Assembly (NCBI GenBank): GCA_014905635.1
Contig: JABVCE010000016.1
Location: 372,001-436,000 of the forward strand
DNA: 64,000 bases
Source of the DNA: Scenedesmus sp. PABB004
Lineage: Eukaryota
Reading direction: 5' to 3'
The translations under genes were made by a program, and so were the position numbers. This document shows, one piece after another, positions 47,874 through 59,500 of this stretch; position 1 is the stretch's first letter; every line of letters begins with the position of its first letter. The notes beneath the pieces are model-generated. The model had not been told where the DNA came from, ran no database searches, and saw nothing but the letters and a program-made list of their open reading frames with translations.

Positions 47874-50702
47874 ATGGGCGCAGCGCGGACGGCGCTGCTG
47901 GCGCTCTGTGTGCTGCAGCTCGCGGCCGCCGGCCTGGCGACAAACTGGGCGGGCGACGGGGACGCCACGCCGGCGGAGGCAGCGGCGACCACCGCGGCCG
48001 CGGCCGTGAAGCCGCCGAGCTCGCTGGTGGTGGAGTACGCGCCCGGGCAGCGCGCCGCGGTGCTGGCGAGCATCCGCGCGCGCGGGTGGCGCGTGCTGCG
48101 CGAGCACCGCGACTTTCAGCGCTTCGTCGTCGCCACGCCGGCGCCCGCGTCGGGCGGCAGCGGCGCGGCCACGGCCGCGGCGGCGGCGGCTGCCGCCACC
48201 GCCGCGCGCGCGCAGGCGGCGGCGATCGCGTCCGCGCCCGGCGTGCTGGGCGTGGAGCCCAACACGGTGCTGTCGATCATCCCCCCAGTGCCCGAGTACC
48301 TGCTCCACTCGGGCTCGGCGCTCGCCGACACGTGCTCAGCCGGCCCGACGCCCCTTAACCCCGACGCTGACCTCGGGCGCACCTCGGAGGGCGTGCCGTA
48401 CGGCCTGGCGATGACCGAGGTGGATGGGCCTGAGATGCGGGCGATCGCGGCGGAGCGCGGCGCCAACGTGATGTGGTGCGTCATCGACACCGGGCTCGAC
48501 ATCACCAACCACGAGTTCAACCCCAACAGTGAGCGCGCGCGGGCAGGGAGGCTGCCGCCCGCGCGGGGCGGCGCGCGGCGCGCCCCGCGGCCGCGTGCGG
48601 CGCCCCTGACCGCCCCGCCGCGCGCGCGCGCGCGCGCGCAGCGACGTCGGGCTGCTCCCCTGGCCTCCCCAACGACAACGCCGCTGAGGACGCAGTCGTT
48701 TGCGACCCCTGGAACAGCGACGCAGTGGGCCACGGTGCGCCGCGCCGCGCCCCTCGCAGCGTGCGCGCGCTTGCCCAACCCTGCGCTGTCCTCACCGCCG
48801 CCGCCGTACCGCCCCGCGCAGGCACGCACACGTCTGGGACGATCGCGGCGCTGCGCAACGGCAAGGGCGTCGTGGGCGTGAGCGACGGCGGCGCGCAGCT
48901 GTACCATTACAACCTGCTGCCCAACGGCAACGGCGCGGGCGACACAGAGGTACGCCGGCGGCGCCCGCCGAGCGCGCGCAGCGGCGCGCGCCGCGCGGCC
49001 GTGCGCGCTGCGCCGGCCCGCCGCCCACGCGCCGCGCGCGCCGCCCGCCAGGTCGCCGCGTGGCAGAGCTGCCTTGCCGAGCTCGACCGCCGCAAGGCCG
49101 CGACCGCCAACCCCAACCTGCGCATGGTCATCTCCATGAGCTACGGCTCCACTGACACGACGACGCTGAACAAGCAGGCGATCGCGCAACTCGGGAAGCG
49201 CTCCGACGTGCTCTGGGTCGCCGCCGCGGGCAACAGCGGCGACGGCACGGTCGGCTTCCCGGCCGCCTATCCCGAGGTCATCAGCGTCGCGTCGGTCGAC
49301 GCGCTCGGCAACGTGTCGGCCTTCTCCACGCGCAACGCGTTTGTCGAGCTCGCCGGCCCCGGCGAGAACGTGCTGTCGACCATTCCGCTCGCGCAGACGC
49401 CGACGAGTGACTACTACCTTAGCCTGCTGAAGGACATGGTCACCGTCAGCCCGCCGCTGCCGGAGCAGGCCGCCGACGCCGAGTTTTTCAACACGCCCCA
49501 GCCCGGCGTCATTGAGGGCGCGGCCAGGAACGAGACGACCGCGCGCGTCGTCGACTGCGGGCTCGGCAACGCGACGTGCGCGGGCGCGGCGGGCGCGATC
49601 TGCCTCATCCAGCGCGGCGGCAGCACGTTCTGCGACAAGGGCCTCAGCTGCCTCGCCGGCGGCGGCATCGGAGTCCTGTTCTACAACCGCGCGGGTGGGC
49701 GGCGCGGCGGCGGGGCGGCGGAGCGGCGGCGGCGCGCCCGCGCCCACGCGCGCCCCCGCCGCCGCCACGCGCCGCGCTCACTCCGCCGCGCCGCGCCGCG
49801 CCCGCAGACCTGCCCGACTGCGAGCGCCTGGACGGCGTGACCGTGGGCACCCCGACCGCGCCGACCTGCGCCGGCGGGCTCGGGGTGCAGTTCCCGCCGA
49901 TGCGCGGCCTCGCGCGCCGCCAGGGCGAGGCCATCGCGGCGGCGCTCGCGCGCGGCGAGCAGGTCACCGCGACGCTGCGCTTCCCTGACGCGCCGCTGCA
50001 GACGGACATCGGCCTCAACTTCCTCAGCGGCACCAGCATGGCGTGAGTGCCCCGCCGCCGGGCGCCGCGCCAGCGGCAGCGCGGCGCGCCCGCCCGCCCG
50101 CCCGCCTGGGGCAACGCGGTCGAGGCTCACCCCCGCGCGCCGCCGCCGCCCCCCGCAGCACGCCGAACGTCGCGGGCGCGCTCGGCCTGGTCTGGAGCGC
50201 GCACCCGGAGTGCAGCGCGGCCGAGGTGCGCGCCGCGGCGGCCGCAACCGCGGCGCTGCCGGCCGGCGCGGGCGACAACGGGTCCGACCCGGCGCGGCCG
50301 CGCACCGACGAGTACGGATACGGCATTGCCAAGGGCTTGGCGATGCACAAATATCTGAACGCCAACCCCTGCACGGCCAAGCAGGCGCTGCGCGTCACGG
50401 TCGCCACGGGCCCCTCCAACGCGGCCCAGCTCGCGCTCGGGTCGGTGGTGCAGCTGCGCACGCGCGTCGTCGACGCGGCGACCGGCTTTGCCGCCGCGGG
50501 GCAGCGCGTGGCGCTCTCGTTCAGCCCGCCCGGGCTGATCCGGTGCAAGGCGACGTCGCTCGTCGTCGCGGCCAAGCCCCCGCCCAGCACGCGCTGCACG
50601 CTGGTCAAGGCCGGCAACCTGACCATCACCGCGACCGTGGCCGCGAGCGCCGGCTCGCAGCGCGCCGTGGCCACCAAGACCCTGCTCATCACGCGCAAGT
50701 GA
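47874..50702 (+). CDS. secreted S8 subtilisin-like serine protease with PA-domain insertion and C-terminal beta-rich domain
   Basis: Signal peptide and prodomain, catalytic triad VIDTG / GHG|THTSGTI / SGTSMA|TP, oxyanion AAAGN, PA insert VDCGLG...ICLIQRGGSTFCDKGLSC, and YGYG. Confidence 0.93.
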
Positions 50703-51326
50703 GCGCTAACGCGGGGGCGCGAATCGGAGGAGGGGCGGCGGCGCCCTTCCCCGCTTCAACGAGCAAGCTTCTGTCAATTGGTGGGGGAACTTTGTGACCC
50801 TGTCGGAGAGCCCTTCTAGCAACCAGCCAAAGCAGGCAGGCAGCACGCCGGGCCTGGGCGGCGCGCATGCACTGATTAGGGTGGCGCGGGCGCGCTGACA
50901 TTGCCAGTCCTTCTTCTTTGGTCGCGCGGGGCGCGGGGCGGTGCGTCGGCGCGCAGTGAGGTAAACCGGCCTGGAACGGCGTCACCAGCAGCGGCGGTCG
51001 CGGACGCGGCTGCGGCGGTCGCGCATTCGGCGCCGCCGGTCGCGCAGCCAGCGGCGTCAGCGGGCCGCCCGCCAGTCGGATGATCGGGCCGGCCGGGCCA
51101 GCAGCGCGGCGGCGGGGCTCAGCGGCGCTTCTGCTCGAGCGGCGCTGGTTGCGCGAGCCGGTCCCACCGCCGCACGCCCGCCAGTTGGCTCGCTCACGGC
51201 ACGTCCCGCCGCAGCCGCGCCGAGCGCCTTCCGACCGGGCGAGCACAGAGCAGTTGGTCGCGCGGCCCCGTCCATGCAGGCCGCCTGAGCGCGCGGCCGG
51301 CCCTGCGTCGTCGCCCCATCGTCGTC

Positions 51327-52763
51327 ATGGCTCGCTCCGGGCGCCTGGCGCGCGCCAGCGGCGCGGCGGCGACAGCGGCGCCGACAGCAGCGCCGACAGC
51401 AGCGCCGCGCAGCGGCCGCGGGCTGGTCGGGCCGCTGGGCGCGGCGGCAGCGCTGGCGCTGGCCGTCGCCGGCGCACCGCTCGCTGCCGGGCAGCTCGAG
51501 CAGGAGGACTGGCTGGAGCCGGCCCGCACCTCGGCGTCGCCGGAGACGCGCGCCGCGAGCGTGGTGACCAACCTCTGGCTCGCCGTGATCGCGGTCACCT
51601 CCTTCATGTTTGCCCTGCTCGGCGGCGTCGTCGCGCTGCAGTGGCCCAACCCGCGTGTGCTCTGCTACAAGACGAGCTACAGCGACGCCCCGAGCGCGCG
51701 CGGGCGGCAATGCGGGAGCCTCTACAACCTCAACCTCGGCTTCGCCGTGCTCTGGCTGTGAGGCGCCGCGCGCGCGCGCGCGCCGCCCGCCGCCCGCCGA
51801 CCCCGCCGCCGCCCGCGCCGCGCGCGCGCTCACGCCGCACCCGCGCCCGCGCGGCGCCGGCAGGCTGGTGCTGGCCATCATGGTCGTCGCGCGCGACGTC
51901 GTGCGCATCATCGTCTGCCTCTCCCTCTGCCTCGTCCATGCGGCCGTCGTCGTCGCGCTGCGCATACGCTTCAAGCGCTTCGGCCGCCCCGAGCGCTACG
52001 CGCCGAGCGCCGCCGAGCTCATGGCGGTGCGGCGCGCGGCGGGCGCGCGGCGGCCCGCGGCGCCCCCGCCTCCGCCGCCGCCGCCTGGCCTCACGACGAC
52101 GCCGCCGCCGCCGCCGCGCAGCAGCAGCAGATGCCGCCCGGCCCGCTGCCAGGCCCGGGCGTCGACTACTATGGCGCCGGGGCGGCGGCGGCGGCGCCGC
52201 CGCGCCAGGCGGCTGTGATGGGTATCCCTATTTATCACATCCCCCTGCAGACGGTCGTCATCGGCGCGCCCGACGGCGCCTCCGCGCGCCAGCAGCAGCA
52301 GCAGCAGCCGCAGCAGCACGGCGGCGGCGCCGCCGCGGCGGCGCCCGGCACGGCGGGCGGCTGGGACGCGGCGGCGGCGGCGGCGTGCGCGCCGCCGTAC
52401 GGCGAGCAGCCGGCGCCGGGCGGCAGCGCCGCGGCCGGCGCGGCGGGGCCCTACCCGGGCTGGGCGGGCGGCGCGCCGGCGTACCCGCCGCAGCAGGCGG
52501 CGGCCGTGGCGCTGCAGCAGCCGCCGCAGCAGCAGGCCTACCCTTACGCTGGCAGCCCCTACCCGCAGCCGCTCGTGGCTGCCGGGCAGCCCGCGGTGGG
52601 CGTGCCCGCGGCGGCGGCCGGCGCCACCGGCGGCGCGGCGCCAGCAGTGGGCGGCGCGGCCGCGGCGGTGGCCGGGGCCCAGCAGGGCGGCGCGGGCGGA
52701 GCGGGCGGCGCGGCGGCCGGCGCCGCGGCGGCGGCGGGCGCGGCGCCGCCGCCGCAGCACTAG
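51327..52763 (+). CDS. hypothetical multi-pass membrane protein with Pro/Tyr/Gln-rich cytosolic tail
   Basis: Three exons with hydrophobic segments LWLAVIAVTSFMFALLGGVVAL, LGFAVLWL|LVLAIMVV and IIVCLSLCLVHAAVVVAL. The tail contains APPY, GPYP, PAYPP, YPYA and SPYP. Confidence 0.7.
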
Positions 52764-53260
52764 GCGCGCGCGCGGGCGAGCAGCGGCGGAGCACTGGGAA
52801 CCGGTGCCACAGCTCGAGGCCAGGCGCGGCGCGTTTGTGTGTGGTGGGCGGCGGCGGCGGCGAACCGGGCGCATCGGCACGAGGCGTCTCGCCGGCGTGC
52901 GCTGCCGGCGTGACGGCGCCGCCGCCCGCGCAGTGCAGCGCGCGAGCGACCGCGGGCTGAGCCCCATCTCCTTCCTTCTTTTGTTCGTGAACGTGCCTTC
53001 GTTCGTACGTCTTGCCGGCGCGCTCGAGCGAGAGCTCGCGGTCGCGATGTTACGCAAGTGCTCTGCCCCCCAGACGCCCCGCCGAGACAGCGACGGCGCC
53101 CGCCCCGCCCGGTCCGCTGCCGCGGCAGCAGCTGCTGCCGCCCCGCCCCGCCCGCCGTCAGCGTGCGCCCGCTGCTGGCCGCGCCCCCACGAGCCCGGCG
53201 GGCTCGCGCGGCCGCGCGGCGGCCGTGTGTGCCGCGCGTCACCCAGGTCGCCGTGGCGCG

Positions 53261-54651
53261 TCACTCGACGACCACGAGGCCGAGGCTGCGCGCGGTGCCC
53301 TCGACCATCTTGCACGCGCTCTCGAGCTGGGTCGCGTTGGTGTCGGGCAGCTTGCGCTTGGCGATCTCCTGCGGGGGCCGGGGCGGCGCGCGCGCGTGGG
53401 CGTGGGCGTGGGCGCGCCCGCGCGGCGGGCCCGGCCCCGCCCCGGACCGGGCCAGCGCGCGCGCACGCAAGGCCGGCCGGCGGACGCTCACCTCGACCTG
53501 CGCCTTCGTGACCTTGCCGACCTTCTCGGTCTTCGGCTTGCCGGAGCCGCTCTCGATGCCTGCGGCGCGCGGGCGCGCGGGCGGGCGAGGCGGCGGCGCG
53601 CGCGGCGGTCAGCGCGCGGGCGCGCGAGCCAGCGGGCTCGTCCGCGGCCGGCGCGGCGGCGCGCAAGGGGCCAGGGCAGCGGGCGGGCGGGCGGGCGGGC
53701 GGTGTCGCGGCGCACCGGCCGCCTTCTTGAGCAGCACCGCGGTCGGCGGCGTCTTGAGGATGAAGGTGAAGCTCCGGTCCTGCAAGCGCCGCGCGCGCGG
53801 GCGCGCAGCGGGCGCGCGCTCAGCGCGGCGCGCGCGGCGCGGGCGGCGCGCGCGCGGGCGGGCGGCGCGCGCGCGGGCGGGCGGCGCGCGCGCGGGCGGG
53901 CGCGCGCGCGCGGGCGGGCGGCGCGCGCGCGCGGGGCGCGGGGCGGGCGCGGGGGCGCGGCGCCGGCGCACGCGGCCGCGCCGCGCCGGCGCCGCGCACC
54001 TCAAACACGGTGATCTCCACCGGCACGACCTCGCCCGCCATCTTGGCGGTCTGCGCGTTGTACTCCTTGCAGAAGGCCATGATGTTCACGCCCTGGGCGG
54101 ACACACAGCGGCGGCGCGCGGCGCGGCGGCGGCGTCGGTACACGGCGTGGCCGCGCGCGCGGCGCGGCCGCCGCGGCCGCTGCGGCCGCTGCGCCACCCG
54201 GCACTGCCTCTGCCTCGCGCAGGGCTCTGCCTCGCTGCCGGCGCTGCTGGCGCGGCCGCGGGCGCCGCCCGCAGCCGCGGGCGGCCGCCGCACCTTGGCG
54301 CCGAGCGCGGGGCCGACCGGCGGGCTGGGGTTGGCCTTGCCCGCCACCAGCTCCAGCTTGATCTTGCCCGTGACTGCGGGCGCGCCGGGGCGCCGGTGGG
54401 CGCGCGAGCGGCGCGGGCCGGGCCGGGCGCCGGCCGGCGACAATTGCGCGCGCCGCCGCCCGCCGCGCCGGCCGCCCCGCGCCCGCGCGGTCCCGCGGCG
54501 CCCCAATCCGATGCGGCGTTCCACCGCGCCGGTCCCCGGGCGCACCCTTGGCGGCCATGGTGCACACCACTCGCCGCGGCGCGCTGCTGCTGCTGCCGAA
54601 GGCCGCGCGCCCGCGGAAGGCGGTGCGGCTGCCCATGCACGAGGCCGCCAT
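53261..54651 (-). CDS. RPL11: plastid 50S ribosomal protein L11
   Basis: Transit peptide [14 protein letters not shown]..., then [39 protein letters not shown]...|[12 protein letters not shown]...[15 protein letters not shown]. Confidence 0.96.
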
Positions 54652-55599
54652 TGCGCTGGCTGCGCGCGCCGGGCGCGCGGGCGGGCTCGCGGGACGCGGC
54701 GTGCGGTGGCGGCCGCCCGGCCTTGTGGCTGGCGGAGCGCGGCGCGGGGGCACGGCGCGAGCGCGCGGGAGGCGGCGGCAACGAGAGTGGGCAAGCAGGG
54801 GAGGGCGCGCGCGCCGCGCGGTGGCCGCCCGGCAGCAACGCGCGAGCCCGAGGGGCGGGCTCCGGCCTCGGGGCCCAGCGCAGCCCTCTCGCGCCGGGGC
54901 GGATCGGCTGGAGCACCTGCCAGCGCGCGGAAAGCGGGCTGCGCGCGCCGCCGAGCTGGCCGCGCACGGGGCCGCCGCCACGTTGCCCGCGGCGCGCGGC
55001 CGGCCACCCGCTCGACCTGCCCTGCTGCCCCAACCCTCTCCCACCCCACCCCGGCCCCGGTGCCCCAGGCGGGCGTGCGCGCCGCCGCGCGTTCAGCGGC
55101 CGTCGCGCCCTCGTTCCGCGCCCGCCCAGCGATCACGCGGTGCGCCGCCGCCGTGGCGGCGCACCGCCCCTGCTGCAACTTGACCGGTCAGCATGCCCAC
55201 CAGCGACAACACCACACACACACCGAGTCAGGCCTGCGCTGCTGCTTCAACCCCCGTCCAGTTCCGCGAAGCGCCCGCCGGCGCTCGAGCGGCCCCCAAG
55301 ACCCAGCTCGCTCCCCGGCCAGCCGGCGCCGCGCCGCCGCAATCATCGCGCAGCCCGCCCGCCGCGCGCCGTCGCGGCGACTACACAGTCGTGGGTTGTA
55401 CAGGCGCCGCTGCCGCCGCCGCAGCGCCGCGCGCCCGGCTGCCGCCGCGCGCCCGGCTGCCGCCGCGTTGCCGCGGCGAGCTGCCGCCGCCGTGGCGCCG
55501 CGCCCGCCGCTGCCGCCACGCCCAGCCGCTGCCGCCGCGTCCAGCTGCGCAGCTGCTCCGGCGGCTGCTCCGCGGCCGCCGCGGCCGCCGCGGCCGCGC

Positions 55600-55809
55600 T
55601 CACGTGCAGATGCAGCGCGTCATCGAGGCGCTCATGAGCCCCAGCAGCAGCAGCACCAGCGTGATCGCGGCGGTGTACATGTCCGAGCCGAAGAGGTCGA
55701 CCAGCTCCTGCCGCCCGCCCGCGCCGCCGCCGCGCTGGCCCGCGCCGCCGTCGCCCTTGCCAGGCGGGGCGCCGCCGCCCGGTGGCTGGTTGGGCGGCAG
55801 GGCGTCCAT
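55600..55809 (-). CDS. small single-TM peptide (about 69 aa, or longer if spliced at 55603)
   Basis: MDALPPNQPPGG...RQELVDLFGSDMYTAAITLVLLLLGLMSASMTRCICT with coding-like GC3. The stop overlaps a GTGAGC donor-like site. Confidence 0.5.
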   Translation of the reverse strand: MDALPPNQPPGGGAPPGKGDGGAGQRGGGAGGRQELVDLFGSDMYTAAITLVLLLLGLMSASMTRCICT

Positions 55810-56517
55810 CGCTGCCGCTGAGGCCGCCGCACGCGCCTGGGAGGTGGGGGCGGGGCGGAGAGGCGTGAGCGGGGAGCGGGGAGGCAGAGATGCGAGCGAG
55901 TGCTGCCCCGCCCCCAATGCCCCCCCGCCCGGCGCCGCCCGGCCCGCGGCGCCCCTCCCCGCCCTCGGCGGCGTCTCAGCGGCGCCGGTTCGCGCGCCGG
56001 GACGCCGCGGCGCTGGCAGCCGGGGCGCTGCGGGGCCGGGAACGCGCCGATGCTGCCGGCGACCGTCGGGCGCACCCCGCGCCCCCCGAGCGCGTCGCGA
56101 CGCCCACAGGCGCTGCGCGCCGCGCCGCCGCTGCTGCCAGCCCTGGCGGGGCCCCGGGGGCTCGCGTGTCCAGCTGCGCCGAGCGTCGCCCCGCCGAGCA
56201 GGCCGCGAGCCCCCCGCCCGTGCGCCGACCTGCCCACCGCCCCCCCCCCCCCCCGCGCTCTCCCAGGCCCGGCCGGCGCGGCAGCAGCGGCGCAGCAGCA
56301 CCCGCGGGCGCACCTCTGGACTCGGCGTGCGCCTCTGGCTGCTGCCGACTGCCTGGAGGGTGTGTGCAGCTCTAGAACGTCTGGCGGCGCCGCGCGGGGC
56401 GGGGGAGGCCAAGGCGGCGCGCGGCGGTGGCGGCAGCGGCGCAGGGGCTCTGCGGGGCGCGGGCGTCTCGGGCGCGTCTCGGGCGCGTTCAAGCTCCGAC
56501 CCTCGCCCTCTCAAACC

Positions 56518-59500
56518 TCAGCCCGCGACCAGCCCGCGCCCCGAGGGCCGCCGCCGCGCGAGCCCGGCGGCCCGCGCGGCGCCGCCGTCGCTCGCGCCGC
56601 CGCCGCCCGCGCCGCCGTCCGTGGCGCCCGCCAGCGCCGCCGCCAGCGCGCCGGCGTCTGCGCCACCGCCGCCGCCGCTGCCGCCGCTGCCCGCCGCTCC
56701 GGGCGCGCGCCCCGCCTCGCTCGGGCGCGCGCTCGCGGCGAGCGCGGCCGCGCAGCGCGCGTCGCCGCCGGGCGCCACGCCCGGGGCCGCCGGCGCGCCG
56801 CCGCCGGGCGTGGGCCCGGGCGCAACCAGCGGCACGCGCGGGTCGCAGAGGCGCTGCACGCCCCGGATGCGATCCAGCACACCGCGCATGCTCGGCCGGC
56901 CGTCGGGGTCGAACGCGGTGCAGTCGCGCACGAGCTCCTGCAGCCCCGCCAGCACGCGCCGCTCGCGCTCGCCTGCGGCGCGCGCGTCGACGCGGCTCAG
57001 CGGCCGCGCCGCCGCCGCCCTTCCAGCCGCGCCGCGCTGCGCGGCGCGCGGCTCACCCGCGGCGTCGGGCACGCTGAGCGGCGGCAGCGCCATCGCGCCC
57101 GGGTCGGCGATCCAGCGCGCGCAGATCTGCATGCCGTCCAGCCCGGCAAACGGCCGCGCGCGCTCGACCATCTCCCACAGCATCACGCCCAGGGAGTAGA
57201 CGTCCGCCTGCGCGCGCGGCGGCGGCGGCGGCACGGCGGCGGCGGCGGCGCGGGCCACGTGGCCCCTCGCGCGCGCGGCGCGTGCCAGCGCGCGCCAGCC
57301 CGCCCTCGCCCACACAGTGTGGCCCGCGCCCGCGCCCCGCTGGCACCCTCCCCTGGCTCGGCGCCCCGGCTCGGCCCACCTTGAGCACGCGCTCGACCGT
57401 CGCGCCCGGCGCCTGCAGGCTCTCGTCCAGCAGCTCGGGCGCGCAGTATGCGATCGTGCCGACCACGCCCGGCGTGAGCGTGCGCGCCGGCGCGCCGCGC
57501 GGCAACGGGCCCGGGCCCGGCGCGCCGCGCGGCGACGCGGGCGCGCCGCGCGGCGACGGCGGCGCGCCGCCGCCGCTCGCCGGCGCCGGCGCCGCGCCGT
57601 CGGCGTCGGCGGGCGGCGGCAGGACGTGGCGGGACTGGCCGAGGTCGCCGACCTTCATGACCATTCCCGCGCCGACAAAGATGTTGGCCGGCTTGACGTC
57701 GCGGTGCAGAATCGCGGGCCGCCGGGTGTGCAGGTGCAGCAGCCCGCGCGCGACGCCACGCATGAGCGGGAGCAGCTTGACCAGGTCCGGCCGCGCCAGC
57801 GCGACCGCCGCCGCGCCGGCGCCGGCTGCGTGCGGCGCGGCCGCGGGCGTGGGCGCGGCGCCGCCGCCGGCTCCGCCGCCGCCGCCAGCTCCGCCGCCGC
57901 CGGCGCTGGCGCGCGAGCCGGGCGCGCTCGCGCGCGCGGGCCGCGCCGCGCGCGGCAGCGGCGACGCGCTGTGATGGAGCAGCGTGTCGAGCGTGCCGCG
58001 GCACCACTCGAGCACAAGGCAGAGGCTGCCGTCGTCCTTTGTCGCGAGGCCGCGCAGGCCGACGAGGTTGTCGTGCGCGCCGGCGGCGAGGTGCAGCTCG
58101 ATCTCGCCCAGCCCGGGCCCCTCCTTGATGGCGACCGGCGCGTCGAGGTGCCGCGCCTCGTACACGCTGCCCTCGGCGCCGCGGCCGATGCGGCGGCCGA
58201 GCGCGAGCGCGCGCCACTCGATGAGCTCGACCGACACCTGCGGCGGACCGCCGCGCCGCAGGCCGCCGCCGCCGACGCCGCCGCCCGCGCCGCCACCCGC
58301 GCCGGCGCTGCTCCACGCGGAGCGGCCGAGGCTGCTCGAGCTGCTCAGCGCGAGGCTGCCCCAGCCGCTCGCGCCGCCGCGCCACGTGAGCGGCGCGCCG
58401 TCAAACGGCAGCGAGCCGTGGCTGAGGTGGCTGGGGAAGGAGGCGAGGCTCCCGGGCGAGTGCACGGCGTAGCCGTCCTCGTGCGCCGCCGCCGAGCCAG
58501 CGCCCACGAGGACCCAGCCCGGCGCGCCCGCGCCGCCGGGCAGGCGCACGGTGAGCGCGCGCGCGCGCGCGCGGGCTGTCCAGCGGCCAGGCCTCGTGCG
58601 GCGGCGGCGCGCCCGCGCCGGGCGGCGGCGGGCCGCAGGCGGGCAGCCCCGGCGGCGCCGCGCGGCGCGCGTCGTGCACGCGCCACGACGGCGAGCGCGG
58701 CGAGCCGCCGCCGCCGTCCCGCCCCGCGCCGGCGGTGGCCAGCTGGTATGCCGACTGCAGCGTGACGACCGGCTGCAGCGGCTGCGGCGGGCGGGCCGCG
58801 CCGCCGCGCTGCTCCGCCCCGCCCGCCGCCGCTGCCTCCGCCGCTGCCGGCGGCTGCGGCTGTGGCTGCGGCTGTTCCGGCAGCACCGCGAGCGCGGTGA
58901 ACGAGACCGAGCCCGCGCGCGCCAGGCCGGGAGGCGCGCTGGCGGTGGCCGCCGCCGCCGCCGCGAGCGCGGCGGTCGAGAACGGCGACGGCAGCTGGCG
59001 GCACTGCCCGCCGGCGTCTGCCCGCCCGTGGCTCGCCTCGGGGCTCGCCCCGGGGCCGCCCGCCGCTGCCTGCTGGCGAGCGGCGCCGTGCACCGCCCCG
59101 GCAATGGATGCCAGCATGTGCTGGAACGGCGCCCGCCAGCCGCCGCCGTCTGTCGAGGCGGTGCGGCGGCGCTGCGCCGCCGCGCCCGGCTCCGCGGGCG
59201 CGCCCGGGCCCGCGGGCGCGGCCGCCGCGCAGGCGGCTGCCGCGTCGGGCGCCCCGCCGTCGCCGGGCTCGCTGCCGCTGCCGCTGCTCCTGCTGAGGCG
59301 CGCGCCGGAGGTCGACCCCGCCGCGGCGACTAGCGAGGTTGCGCGGCTGTCGCCGAGGCTGCTGCCGGCCGTGTCGTCGGTGCTCGCCCAGCCCGGCGGC
59401 GCCGCAGGCGCGGGCGCGCAGCGCTCCTCCGGCTCCAGCGCCTGCCCGTGGCAGCACAGCGACGGCCGCGGCGTGGGGCTGCCGCTGCTGAGCCGCCCGG

